DNA of 24,931 bases. Source: a virus (taxonomy: Duplodnaviria > Caudoviricetes). Where the stretch lies: IMG/VR virus record IMGVR_UViG_3300017913_002419, positions 1 through 24,931 of that record. One strand, 5' to 3'. A model generated the notes under the pieces. It made no database searches, was not told the DNA's origin, and worked only from the letters and a program-made list of their open reading frames with translations. Position 1 is the first letter of the stretch; every line of letters begins with the position of its first letter. Positions 15,460 to 23,942 of this stretch are shown piece by piece. The position numbers and the translations under genes were made by a program.

Positions 15460-16985
15460 TATACAGCCTCTTGCAGTTTTTCAAGTGCTTCTTCTTCATC
15501 AAACTCCATTGCACTGTCTGCATTGTCGACAGCTTCAGTTTCAAAGAATGCACCGTGCATTGTGTTTGTGCTTGTATGACGTTTGTTTTTACTGAGTTCT
15601 TCAAGCAATGCACTGTTGTCGTTGATCACATCCATTGGAGTCTCGCTGCTGAATATTTCATTGATCAGTTCATTGAAGTATACCAAGTTGCGTGGTACCC
15701 ATTTGTTTACTTCGCCAACTTTGCTTTTTGCCTTCAGTTTCTTCTGCCAGTCACGCAGATCAACTGTTGTGCTTGCAACCACTGCATCAGTTAGTGCATT
15801 TGCACGTTGTACACTTTCAATGTGTTGATATACATTGTGACTCATCATCAACATGTAGCTGAAACTGTCCCAACTGGTTGCACCTTCTTTGCCCAGCTTG
15901 TTTTTCATACCAGGAGCATAGTGACAGATATCGCCCATTGTCAAACGTTCTGCAATAGGTGAATTCCAAGGCAGCGGAATATCACTGCCACTCAAAGATT
16001 TGCTGTCCAGTGCTTTATCCATAATGTAACTGAAGCGATCATTGTTGTGCACGTGCTGTGTATAAATTTGTCCAAACGCTGTTGCAAGGAACGGCGATGC
16101 ACAGTCAAATGTGATTTCCAAATCGCTGTTGGTAGTTTCACGCAGTTTGCGTTTCACCGCAGTAAGCATCACACCCCATTCTAGCAAACCGGTTCCTAGA
16201 ACGTGAATAAGATCTCGCTCACCTTTTTCCAGTAGTTTTTCATCACGCAGGTTGATCATACGGCGTAGGAACAGTTTCATGTCTTGCATGTTGTTACCGC
16301 CCATAGCCCAACCTTCAAACGGCAAGTGCTTTACTGCATCATACCACACATCAGCTTCAAGATCATCGCTGCCTTGCAGCACGTTTAGATACTTTGTTTT
16401 ACCTTGACGGTTGCGAATAAACCAATCATTGTTGAACAGTGTAGCATCCAGACATTCTTTTAGACTGCTCAATCCTGTGCGCTTGTTCAACGGTGGACGA
16501 GCTGCCCAACTTGGTACATCAAGGATCATACTGTAGTCTGCTGTGTGTTCCAGCCAATTTTGTATGCGTTGTCTTAGACGATCAGCTTCACCAATGTAGC
16601 TGGGTTGATTGGGTGTTTCAAAAAAGTTTTGCCAATCCATTTGGATGACACCTTTTGCGATTTGGAATCCACCCGAGTCGCCCAAAATAAAACTGTTTGG
16701 ACGATCACGTTTTTGTACCATGCTTTCTTCAACATCGCTTTTGGCTGTGTCCAGCTGAGCATGCCCTGCACTGTACAGTGCCCATTTGTAATGATAATAG
16801 GCTTTGTCTTTGTTTAGAAAGTTGCAACCTTCAATACCACGATCAAACTGTGCAGGAATACGATCCTGTGGAACATATTCTTCTACACGCTGTTTACTGA
16901 TGTAGTTTTGATAGAAGCCACTGATGCTGGGCAAGAATACAGCATAGTCTTTGTTTTTTGTTGTTAGATCTACTTGATCATTCAT
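15459..16985 (-). CDS. dpdA: TGT-fold DNA-guanine transglycosylase (DpdA-like)
   Basis: GDSGGFQ, MILDVP, VLQG, AMGG, HVLG, FDCAS and C-terminal HN in TGT order; no CxCxxC zinc motif; GGAGG SD before 16985. Confidence 0.8.
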   Translation of the reverse strand: MNDQVDLTTKNKDYAVFLPSISGFYQNYISKQRVEEYVPQDRIPAQFDRGIEGCNFLNKDKAYYHYKWALYSAGHAQLDTAKSDVEESMVQKRDRPNSFILGDSGGFQIAKGVIQMDWQNFFETPNQPSYIGEADRLRQRIQNWLEHTADYSMILDVPSWAARPPLNKRTGLSSLKECLDATLFNNDWFIRNRQGKTKYLNVLQGSDDLEADVWYDAVKHLPFEGWAMGGNNMQDMKLFLRRMINLRDEKLLEKGERDLIHVLGTGLLEWGVMLTAVKRKLRETTNSDLEITFDCASPFLATAFGQIYTQHVHNNDRFSYIMDKALDSKSLSGSDIPLPWNSPIAERLTMGDICHYAPGMKNKLGKEGATSWDSFSYMLMMSHNVYQHIESVQRANALTDAVVASTTVDLRDWQKKLKAKSKVGEVNKWVPRNLVYFNELINEIFSSETPMDVINDNSALLEELSKNKRHTSTNTMHGAFFETEAVDNADSAMEFDEEEALEKLQEAV

Positions 16986-17319
16986 GTTCACCTCCGGGCC
17001 CACGCCCGCTGTAATTTCTGTGCAATGACTTGTGATTTTCTGCTGTGCGGAATGTCATCACTGTAATAAACACACCGCTGATGAACAGTGCATGAAACAG
17101 TGCACTAATACCAAATGCTTGATAGCTGCTGATCATTGCTGCAAAAATACCCGACCAAATAAATGCAAGACATTGAAAAATCATGTGCGCTGCACGTGGA
17201 TCCAAGTTTTTCAGTGGCGAGTTTTCAATAGTCATCACACTGCGCCACATCAACGGAACTTCAGAAATCAATGTAGATACAGTTGAAGCCCAGCCAATGG
17301 GTTTTGTCGCTTTACTCAT
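16978..17319 (-). CDS. membrane protein of unknown function
   Basis: Two hydrophobic helices after 'SPLKNLD...HM.FQ.LA.IWS'. Confidence 0.75.
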   Translation of the reverse strand: MSKATKPIGWASTVSTLISEVPLMWRSVMTIENSPLKNLDPRAAHMIFQCLAFIWSGIFAAMISSYQAFGISALFHALFISGVFITVMTFRTAENHKSLHRNYSGRGPGGEHE

Positions 17320-18059
17320 TTTGTATTCGCTGGCAAAATGTAATCATACTGGCCCATGCCACTGTCAATGCTGATCATAAGTGCACCTGCGCTGCTGAAC
17401 TTCATAGCACAACCACCACTCATGCCCAGCTTTAGAATAGCCAGCACTTGACCCAATGGCCAACTCCAGCCTTCGTTGATTTCACCATCAACATTTGTTG
17501 CAAATGTACGCTTGCCCAAGAAGCCACCTTCTGCACTGCCAAGTGTAACAATAAGATTACCATCTTCGGTCTTTACACTAAACGTTGGCTCAATGCCGCC
17601 ATAGATACCAGCAACCTGTGTAAGCTCGCTAACCTTTGCTTTGCTTGGTTCAAACACAACATCCCAAGGCGGCTCTTTGAACTTGAGTGTTTTTAGTGTT
17701 TGCTCCACAATCTCTTTTGCCATCAACCGATATGTGTCGTTGTTGCCTTCTGCGTCTTTGAACTTTAGACTTTCAGGAGACTCAACGCCATTACGCTCAC
17801 GCCGTTGCACTTGCACACTGGCTGTGTCTTCTTTGTAGTTTGGTAGGTTACAGATACCATTTAGGAAGCTGAGGTTGCCCATTCCAAACTCACCAGCAAA
17901 CTCATCTACTGGTGCATGTAGTTTTGCATTCAATACAACTGTACGATCTGTGTCGCTAGCCTGTAGACTAGTACCTTCGTCGTCGCCAGTTACTTTTACT
18001 TGCTCGATAAAGCCAAGCCCTGCGGTGTGCTTGACAATGTCAAAAATTGTATCTTTCAT
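17316..18059 (-). CDS. DNA polymerase sliding clamp (gp45/PCNA-like)
   Basis: 247 aa, directly downstream of the B-family polymerase, clamp-like beta pattern ending in 'YDYILPA'. Confidence 0.7.
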   Translation of the reverse strand: MKDTIFDIVKHTAGLGFIEQVKVTGDDEGTSLQASDTDRTVVLNAKLHAPVDEFAGEFGMGNLSFLNGICNLPNYKEDTASVQVQRRERNGVESPESLKFKDAEGNNDTYRLMAKEIVEQTLKTLKFKEPPWDVVFEPSKAKVSELTQVAGIYGGIEPTFSVKTEDGNLIVTLGSAEGGFLGKRTFATNVDGEINEGWSWPLGQVLAILKLGMSGGCAMKFSSAGALMISIDSGMGQYDYILPANTK

Positions 18060-18085
18060 GATAATCTCCGGTTTGTATTGTTGTT

Positions 18086-18114
18086 ATAGTAACACGTTTG
18101 CGCTTCAGTGTCAA
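18086..18114 (-). promoter_or_regulatory. sigma70-type promoter TTGACA-N17-TACTAT upstream of the clamp gene
   Basis: -35 at 18114-18109 overlaps the polymerase TGA; -10 at 18091-18086; GGAG SD downstream. Confidence 0.75.
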
Positions 18115-20765
18115 TCAAAACTGAACAGATTTTCAAAAGTGTTTTTCATTTCGCTGCGCCTTAGATCAAAGTCAAGCACACCGATTAGGTTTTCTACTTT
18201 ACTATCAATGATAGTACTTTCCATAGCATCGTGATCAAACGGCAGTTCCAAGAACCACTGTGGAATACGTTGCTCGTCAATTGGATACGCAATGCTGTTC
18301 ATCTTCATTGGATTGTCTTTGAGTTTGCACACAATGGTTTTCATACCATCTGTGATCTCCAAGCTGTATGCATCACTGTTCATCTTGCGCATTTTGTTCC
18401 AATTGATTGCTGCCATAGCATGTCCTACACGACACTCGCCTGTTTTTTCATAGTGTTTTGTGTGCCGTGTAAGATTGTTTACACGTTTGGGTGTACCTTT
18501 TTCCCAGCCAGGCCTGTCTCTAAACTGCTGTCTAAAGTTTTTGATACTGTCAATCACTTCATCTTCAGTGCCTCCAGTTAGCGTTAGCAATAGCAGTTCT
18601 TTCAAGTATTCCTGCATGAATGCTGGTGTGTCACTGCGTTTTAGATCCAAGCCCATTGCTTTGATCTTGCCAGGGCCTTCGCTGTCTGTGCGGAAACCTT
18701 CGTCATCATACACAAGAATTGCATAGCGTTTCTTCTTGATAAAGATGCCTGCGCTTGCACAGGTTTCACGTGCTGCTGCAATGATTTCACCGTTGACAAG
18801 TGGTGCATTGAATGCACGCCGCATAAAGTCAGGAAACGTACCGTTTACTTCTTCGCAAACTGCATCGTAATATTTAATCACTGTATCCTTGTCCCAATGA
18901 ATCTCGCCTGCATCGATCTGTGATTTCATCACAGGATATGCACTGAAATACGCACTGTCTGTGTCTCCGTACACGATGGCATCGCCTCGGTGATCATATG
19001 TGCCAGTCATAACATTGTTCAGCTCAGCTGCCATATGACGTGCAATACAACGTCCTGTCAATGTTGTACTTTGTCCTAGTCGTTGATCAAAGAATCTACT
19101 GCCTGCGTTTAGAATCGCTCCGTATAGACTGTTCAAATTAATCTTCTTTACCAGCTGACGTTTGTCCCAATATTCAAACTGCTTTTGGTCGCCGCCTTTT
19201 AGCTCTTTGGCTTTCTTCTGCATTACTTTGCGTTCTGCATACCAACGTTCCAGCAAGTTTGGAATGATACCTTTTTTCTCAACTGTGAACAATGTACCGT
19301 TTGCAGTTAGGACCCATGGCTGTCCGCTGTTGAAGATAAACTCGTACAGTTCAGCACCAGTGCCTTGTACATGATCGCCGTTTTCAAAATCTAAATCCAG
19401 TAACTCAGTACGATCCTTGTCCATAACAAGTTCATACTCCAATGTAGCAAACTTGCCGTCCCAATAGTCAGCAAGTCCTTTGCCTTTGTGTGACAGCATG
19501 TCTTCGATGCCTTCATTGGTACGCCGTTGACGTATTTGCCCAACAATGGTTTCTGTGCTCATGTTACACGCACGAATAATACTGGGATATAGACTGTTCA
19601 AGTCAATACTACCAATCCATTCATGCCATCCACGCTTTGGATTGGCAACATATGCACCTGCTGCTGCATATCCTGCATCACCTCTGTTGCGATCAGGTAC
19701 AATCTTGCCCATGCGATGACATTCGTTGATGATAGCTTGGTCTGTTACAGCAACCGCACCTTGTGTTGTTGGCAATAGCACAGTGTTGTCGTGTGCAATA
19801 ACGTTTGCAAGATCAATAAACTGTAGCTTTGCGTCTAACTTTACCAGCAGTTCCACGTCTTGTCTGTTGTAGTCAATGAATGTTTCAAAGTCGTTGTTGT
19901 ACAGTTGATCCAGTGTACCTTCGTATGCAACTTTGCGTTCGTCTAGTTCGTATTCACCAATTGCATCCAAGCTGTAGCTGTGCATTTCATGATAGGTATA
20001 CTTGCGATACAGTTCCAAGTAGTCCATGTGCACACGACCATACAGATCAAATGTTTCCTGTTCCTTGCCGTACTTTTCATATTCACGCTTGCGAGGATAT
20101 TTGTTCCACAAACAGAATCTGCGTGTGTGTTCTTTACCAAGAACTCTTGCTATACGATTTACCATGTACGGAATATCAAATCCTTCGCTGTTCCATCCAG
20201 TGAGGATATCTGCATCGTCAATCAATTGCAAGAATGTTTCCAACAGTTCCTTTTCATCTGCCATCAGCAGACTGTTTGGAAAGCTGTTCATAATGTTTTG
20301 TGCACGTTCTTCTGCCATGCCTTTGGGCTTTATAGCAATACAAATTGTTTCGCCTAGCCAACTCAAGTGTAGTGCAATGGCTGTAACAGGATTGAACGGA
20401 TCGCTGGGATCTGCAAAGCCTTTGTCCTTGTCGAAATCAACCTCAATATCGAAAAAGCATTTGTTCAGTTCTGGTGCTTCTTCGTTGAGATAGTTTTCTT
20501 CCAAGCATTTGAATACAGGATTGATGTCGCTTTCATACAGACGCTTGTGTCCGTACATCTTCTTTTCTTTTTGGAAGTTTTTCAGTGTGTTGACTGTGAG
20601 CTTGGTTAGCGATTCGTCATAGATACTGGTGTACTTGCCTTTGGGATCCTTGTAGTAAAACGTGTAACGGGCAGGAAATTCTGTGTATTCACGATTGCCG
20701 GCACGCCGCTCGACAACTTGAATAACATCGCGATCGCGATCGTGGAATGCGTCAACATAACTCAT
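18111..20765 (-). CDS. family B DNA polymerase (T4 gp43-like)
   Basis: Exo FDIEVD, GWNSEGFDIPY and YNRQD; polymerase DLNSLYPS, KINLNSLYG, YGDTDS and KKRY. Confidence 0.97.
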   Translation of the reverse strand: MSYVDAFHDRDRDVIQVVERRAGNREYTEFPARYTFYYKDPKGKYTSIYDESLTKLTVNTLKNFQKEKKMYGHKRLYESDINPVFKCLEENYLNEEAPELNKCFFDIEVDFDKDKGFADPSDPFNPVTAIALHLSWLGETICIAIKPKGMAEERAQNIMNSFPNSLLMADEKELLETFLQLIDDADILTGWNSEGFDIPYMVNRIARVLGKEHTRRFCLWNKYPRKREYEKYGKEQETFDLYGRVHMDYLELYRKYTYHEMHSYSLDAIGEYELDERKVAYEGTLDQLYNNDFETFIDYNRQDVELLVKLDAKLQFIDLANVIAHDNTVLLPTTQGAVAVTDQAIINECHRMGKIVPDRNRGDAGYAAAGAYVANPKRGWHEWIGSIDLNSLYPSIIRACNMSTETIVGQIRQRRTNEGIEDMLSHKGKGLADYWDGKFATLEYELVMDKDRTELLDLDFENGDHVQGTGAELYEFIFNSGQPWVLTANGTLFTVEKKGIIPNLLERWYAERKVMQKKAKELKGGDQKQFEYWDKRQLVKKINLNSLYGAILNAGSRFFDQRLGQSTTLTGRCIARHMAAELNNVMTGTYDHRGDAIVYGDTDSAYFSAYPVMKSQIDAGEIHWDKDTVIKYYDAVCEEVNGTFPDFMRRAFNAPLVNGEIIAAARETCASAGIFIKKKRYAILVYDDEGFRTDSEGPGKIKAMGLDLKRSDTPAFMQEYLKELLLLTLTGGTEDEVIDSIKNFRQQFRDRPGWEKGTPKRVNNLTRHTKHYEKTGECRVGHAMAAINWNKMRKMNSDAYSLEITDGMKTIVCKLKDNPMKMNSIAYPIDEQRIPQWFLELPFDHDAMESTIIDSKVENLIGVLDFDLRRSEMKNTFENLFSFD

Positions 20766-20771
20766 TCTTAT

Positions 20772-20800
20772 ATATTACAACTCCAATAGATAATTGTCAA
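20772..20800 (-). promoter_or_regulatory. sigma70-type promoter TTGACA-N17-TAATAT; predicted leaderless polymerase mRNA
   Basis: -35 at 20800-20795, -10 at 20777-20772; the ATG at 20765 follows after 6 nt with no SD. Confidence 0.7.
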
Positions 20801-21482
20801 GAGGTTTCAATGCATCAAGAACAGCTTGATTTTGTGTGTACACACCCAGTACACTGCACTTGCCTTGATAGGTACTGATGTGTCTAAAGTCAAAAATACG
20901 CCAATACTCGCTGTCGACTTCTTCTTGTATTTGTCTATGCCATTTGGCTACAAATCCTTCATCAAATGATCCGCAGTACTCTTCTTGTACATACACACCA
21001 TTGGTGTTCAGTTGTTCACGCCAGTGCATCATATGATATGCAGCATTTGGACGATGTTTGCTGTCGTTTACAATAAAGTCAAATGTGCCCATTGACTGTG
21101 CAACTTTAGGATCAGCACCGTTTTTACCCCATACAATGTTCAATCTCATTTGATCTTCAACTGGTAGACCTTGAAAGTTTTCCATTGCATATTGACTGTT
21201 TTTCATTTGACTGAGGATGAGGTTATCGCCTAGCTTTGCCATCAGCTTTCGCAGTGTGTCCATGCCAGTGGGCAGTACAGGAATACTGACATCAACACCA
21301 CATACACGTGCACTGGGCAATATGTGCAACCAGTTTAGATGACTGGTACCACCACCTACACCAATTTCGCACATGCGATCAATATCGATGGTATCCAGTA
21401 TGATATCGTATACCAGACCGTACTGCCTATCACGTTTGTTGTGAACAGCATGATCTAAACTGAGTTCAGTGTATATTCCCAT
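20775..21482 (-). CDS. class I SAM-dependent methyltransferase-like protein
   Basis: CEIGVGGGTS motif I, GVD motif II, FDFIVNDSKH and GVYVQEE. Confidence 0.75.
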   Translation of the reverse strand: MGIYTELSLDHAVHNKRDRQYGLVYDIILDTIDIDRMCEIGVGGGTSHLNWLHILPSARVCGVDVSIPVLPTGMDTLRKLMAKLGDNLILSQMKNSQYAMENFQGLPVEDQMRLNIVWGKNGADPKVAQSMGTFDFIVNDSKHRPNAAYHMMHWREQLNTNGVYVQEEYCGSFDEGFVAKWHRQIQEEVDSEYWRIFDFRHISTYQGKCSVLGVYTQNQAVLDALKPLDNYLLEL

Positions 21483-21748
21483 TATTCGTCGTCTACAATG
21501 TGTCCAGTTGCATGCAAGATTTCTTCCAGTGCACCCAAGTCTTCTTGATGATTTTGCAGGTCACGTTTGAATGCAACACGAATTGCTTTGTTCAATACGC
21601 TGGGCTTTACCTGTAGTTCTTCTGCAACTGCTTTTACAGTTTCGCTCATGCCCTCTTTCAATGCTGAAATTTCTTGTGTTACTTGAATGCCTTCTGTGAT
21701 AACCTGCTTGAGTTTTGTAACTTCTGAACTGTTGAATGCTCGCGACAT
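21482..21748 (-). CDS. DsbA/GapR-like dsDNA-binding protein
   Basis: 88-aa helical protein with 'LKE...E.VKA.AEEL.VKP..LNKAIR.AFK'; AAGGAG SD. Confidence 0.65.
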   Translation of the reverse strand: MSRAFNSSEVTKLKQVITEGIQVTQEISALKEGMSETVKAVAEELQVKPSVLNKAIRVAFKRDLQNHQEDLGALEEILHATGHIVDDE

Positions 21749-21777
21749 TGGTGTCTCCTTGTGTAAATGTTATTGCT

Positions 21778-21806
21778 ATGTTATATGAATTTGTTTTGAT
21801 TGTCAA
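21778..21806 (-). promoter_or_regulatory. sigma70-type promoter TTGACA-N17-TAACAT
   Basis: -35 at 21806-21801 overlaps the upstream TGA; -10 at 21783-21778. Confidence 0.65.
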
Positions 21807-22612
21807 TCTATTTTATTAGGCCATCGTTGGGTACCCATCCACTTTTTTAGTTTTGCTGGCCATTCTTCGTCTGTTATGTTTGCATAGTATGCATTCATAT
21901 CGTTCATCAGCCAAGGCATGATACTGTGAATTTCGCTGCGTGTGGTCATGTTGCCTACAGTCATTTTTTCTGTCATGGCAAGAAATATGTTTACTGTTTT
22001 TGTCATTGACAACAGTGCATGATATCCACCTACAGCAAAACTGTTGAGATTTTCAGTGCTTGTACCCAATCCAAATATCATTGGTGCACCGTTCACTGGG
22101 CTACCAAGAGGTCCTTTTGTATCAACCAATGGATTATTTTGAAACTTGATCATATGGTCAAATGCTGTTTGACATAGATCTGCGGATAAAAATTTTATAA
22201 CGTCCTCTACACTGTATGCAATCATAATGATATCTGTAGGCAAAGGCTCATGATATCTCATACCAATACTTTTCAATGCCAATTGCATAGAGATGGCCGA
22301 TTCACAATGTTGATGCAATCTACGCTTGAAACTGCCTGTGTTGACTGGATTTACACTAACACCTGTCAGTGACATGTATGGATGACCAGTGAAATAGTCC
22401 TTCCAATATTTAGAAATGTCTTGTGCAAGATTTGACAAAATGTCATTGTATGCATCTTGAAAACTTTCACGCTGTACCACGTGATAATCATAGCTGTTGC
22501 AATCATTGGTCCATTCGGTCAATTCATACTGTTCCAATTGCTGTCGGAGTTCGTCATCGGATTGTGGAGCATCACTGTCGTGATCCACAATCAATATTAT
22601 AGCATGATTCAT
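21803..22612 (-). CDS. hypothetical protein
   Basis: 269-aa ORF collinear with its neighbours. Confidence 0.7.
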   Translation of the reverse strand: MNHAIILIVDHDSDAPQSDDELRQQLEQYELTEWTNDCNSYDYHVVQRESFQDAYNDILSNLAQDISKYWKDYFTGHPYMSLTGVSVNPVNTGSFKRRLHQHCESAISMQLALKSIGMRYHEPLPTDIIMIAYSVEDVIKFLSADLCQTAFDHMIKFQNNPLVDTKGPLGSPVNGAPMIFGLGTSTENLNSFAVGGYHALLSMTKTVNIFLAMTEKMTVGNMTTRSEIHSIMPWLMNDMNAYYANITDEEWPAKLKKWMGTQRWPNKID

Positions 22613-22737
22613 TGTTCTTTTTTCTTAGTGGTTTTGCGTTTGCGTTTTTTCTTAGGAGCAGGCTTTACAACAAGAGCTTCTTCTCTGTTATTGTCTTGTT
22701 TTAGTTTTTCTTTTAGCCACTGTTGTATCTTTGTCAT
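22609..22737 (-). CDS. 42-aa lysine-rich microprotein (not in ORF track)
   Basis: MTKIQQWLKEKLKQDNNREEALVVKPAPKKKRKRKTTKKKEQ; stop overlaps the next ATG. Confidence 0.55.
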   Translation of the reverse strand: MTKIQQWLKEKLKQDNNREEALVVKPAPKKKRKRKTTKKKEQ

Positions 22738-23008
22738 TTTCTAAACTTTCCAGTCGTGATTCAATCTGGTCAATCTTTTGAGTAATGCGAGGATACTTTT
22801 TACGCCAAGCATCCTCGGGTTGTTCGAGCCATGTTAGTCCCCAGCGTTGCACTAGATAATCCAACAAGCGATCCAATTGTGCATAACTCCACAAACCTAA
22901 TTTGGTCTCTTTGAAGTATGCTAAAAATGCTGCACCCAACAGTGCACCAATGATACTAGTATATATCCACAGTGTATCCGATAATAGACGTTCCGCTATT
23001 TCTATCAT
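22688..23008 (-). CDS. small membrane protein (possible holin or lysis accessory)
   Basis: N-terminal TM helix, basic tail, close downstream of the endolysin. Confidence 0.6.
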   Translation of the reverse strand: MIEIAERLLSDTLWIYTSIIGALLGAAFLAYFKETKLGLWSYAQLDRLLDYLVQRWGLTWLEQPEDAWRKKYPRITQKIDQIESRLESLENDKDTTVAKRKTKTRQ

Positions 23009-23085
23009 CTTCTTACTCTACAACTAGGACAAAAGTCGCTGTGCCCTAGTTCTGTTTTGCATTCTGGACAACGTTTTTCTGTCAT
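23005..23085 (-). CDS. 26-aa CPxC...CPxC zinc-finger microprotein (not in ORF track)
   Basis: MTEKRCPECKTELGHSDFCPSCRVRR; ATGA overlaps at both ends. Confidence 0.7.
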   Translation of the reverse strand: MTEKRCPECKTELGHSDFCPSCRVRR

Positions 23086-23915
23086 GTTATACCCATCTTT
23101 GCCAGTGTAGCTGGGCCTACAATACCATCAGGTATCAGTCCCATGCGTCTTTGCCAATCTTTTACTATTTTTTCGGTGCCTGGACCAAAGATACCATCTG
23201 CACTAATACCCAATGCAGTCTGCACTGCTTTGACTGTAGCACCTTTGCTGCCACGTCTTACTGTGCTGTGCTTGACTTTAGGTGGGCTCCAATTGCCGCC
23301 TAGTACTTCTAGTGCATGCTTGTAGTGTTTCTTACGATCTTCCAATCCAATGTATCCACCATTGATGCGTTTTGTAGCACCTTTGATATCTTGCTTGTCT
23401 GCGTAACGGTTCAGTCCATTTGTTTCCCAATACCAGCAAGCACTTTCCAGTGCGCCTTTTTTGGTTTCCAAATAGCCCACTGTTGCACGTAATCCAGTGT
23501 TGATACTTTTTGCAAATTCAGTATAGTTGTAACGTCCGGTAAGTTGGATGATACCTCTGCCTCTAAACTTCCAACCATCACCGCTGGCTGTGTCGCCATT
23601 GTTCATGCGATTGGCATAGATAACGTTGGCAATTTTTTCAGGCTGTCTGTGATATTCTTGTGCGTCTCTTCCTGCACGTTTGAAATACTTTGGAAAAATT
23701 GCATCCAATGCTTTGGCACTGTAGTTCAAATTTTCTTTGATTACTCTAAAGTTGTTTGATTCATGCCCGCACTGTGCAAAAAACATTGAAACACGATCTT
23801 CTGTATCAATGTCATACTTTGGCAACATTTCTTCAATGTATTCGTGCCATTCTTCCCATTCTCTATTACCAGCGAGCAGTTCCTTGGTCATTTCTGGTGT
23901 GTATGTGAACTTCAT
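23082..23915 (-). CDS. GH19 endolysin with C-terminal peptidoglycan-binding domain
   Basis: FFAQCGHES, GDGWKFRGRG.IQLTGR.NY and TKRINGG; DGIFGPGT and DGIVGPAT PG-binding repeats. Confidence 0.92.
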   Translation of the reverse strand: MKFTYTPEMTKELLAGNREWEEWHEYIEEMLPKYDIDTEDRVSMFFAQCGHESNNFRVIKENLNYSAKALDAIFPKYFKRAGRDAQEYHRQPEKIANVIYANRMNNGDTASGDGWKFRGRGIIQLTGRYNYTEFAKSINTGLRATVGYLETKKGALESACWYWETNGLNRYADKQDIKGATKRINGGYIGLEDRKKHYKHALEVLGGNWSPPKVKHSTVRRGSKGATVKAVQTALGISADGIFGPGTEKIVKDWQRRMGLIPDGIVGPATLAKMGIT

Positions 23916-23942
23916 AACGGTTACCCCTTTTTAGCTTACCTA

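Noticed and set aside
15459-16985. Canonical tRNA-guanine transglycosylase (tgt, queuosine pathway)
   Set aside because: No zinc motif, much longer and divergent, located near replication genes, and no queA/queF in the window; DpdA-like is more plausible
811-18045. Other minus-strand TTGACA hexamers (near 816, 7219, 7450, 8653, 13167, 18038)
   Set aside because: No acceptable -10 element at 16-18 nt spacing
18111-20765. Intein or intron in the DNA polymerase
   Set aside because: Continuous 884-aa ORF with normally spaced motifs
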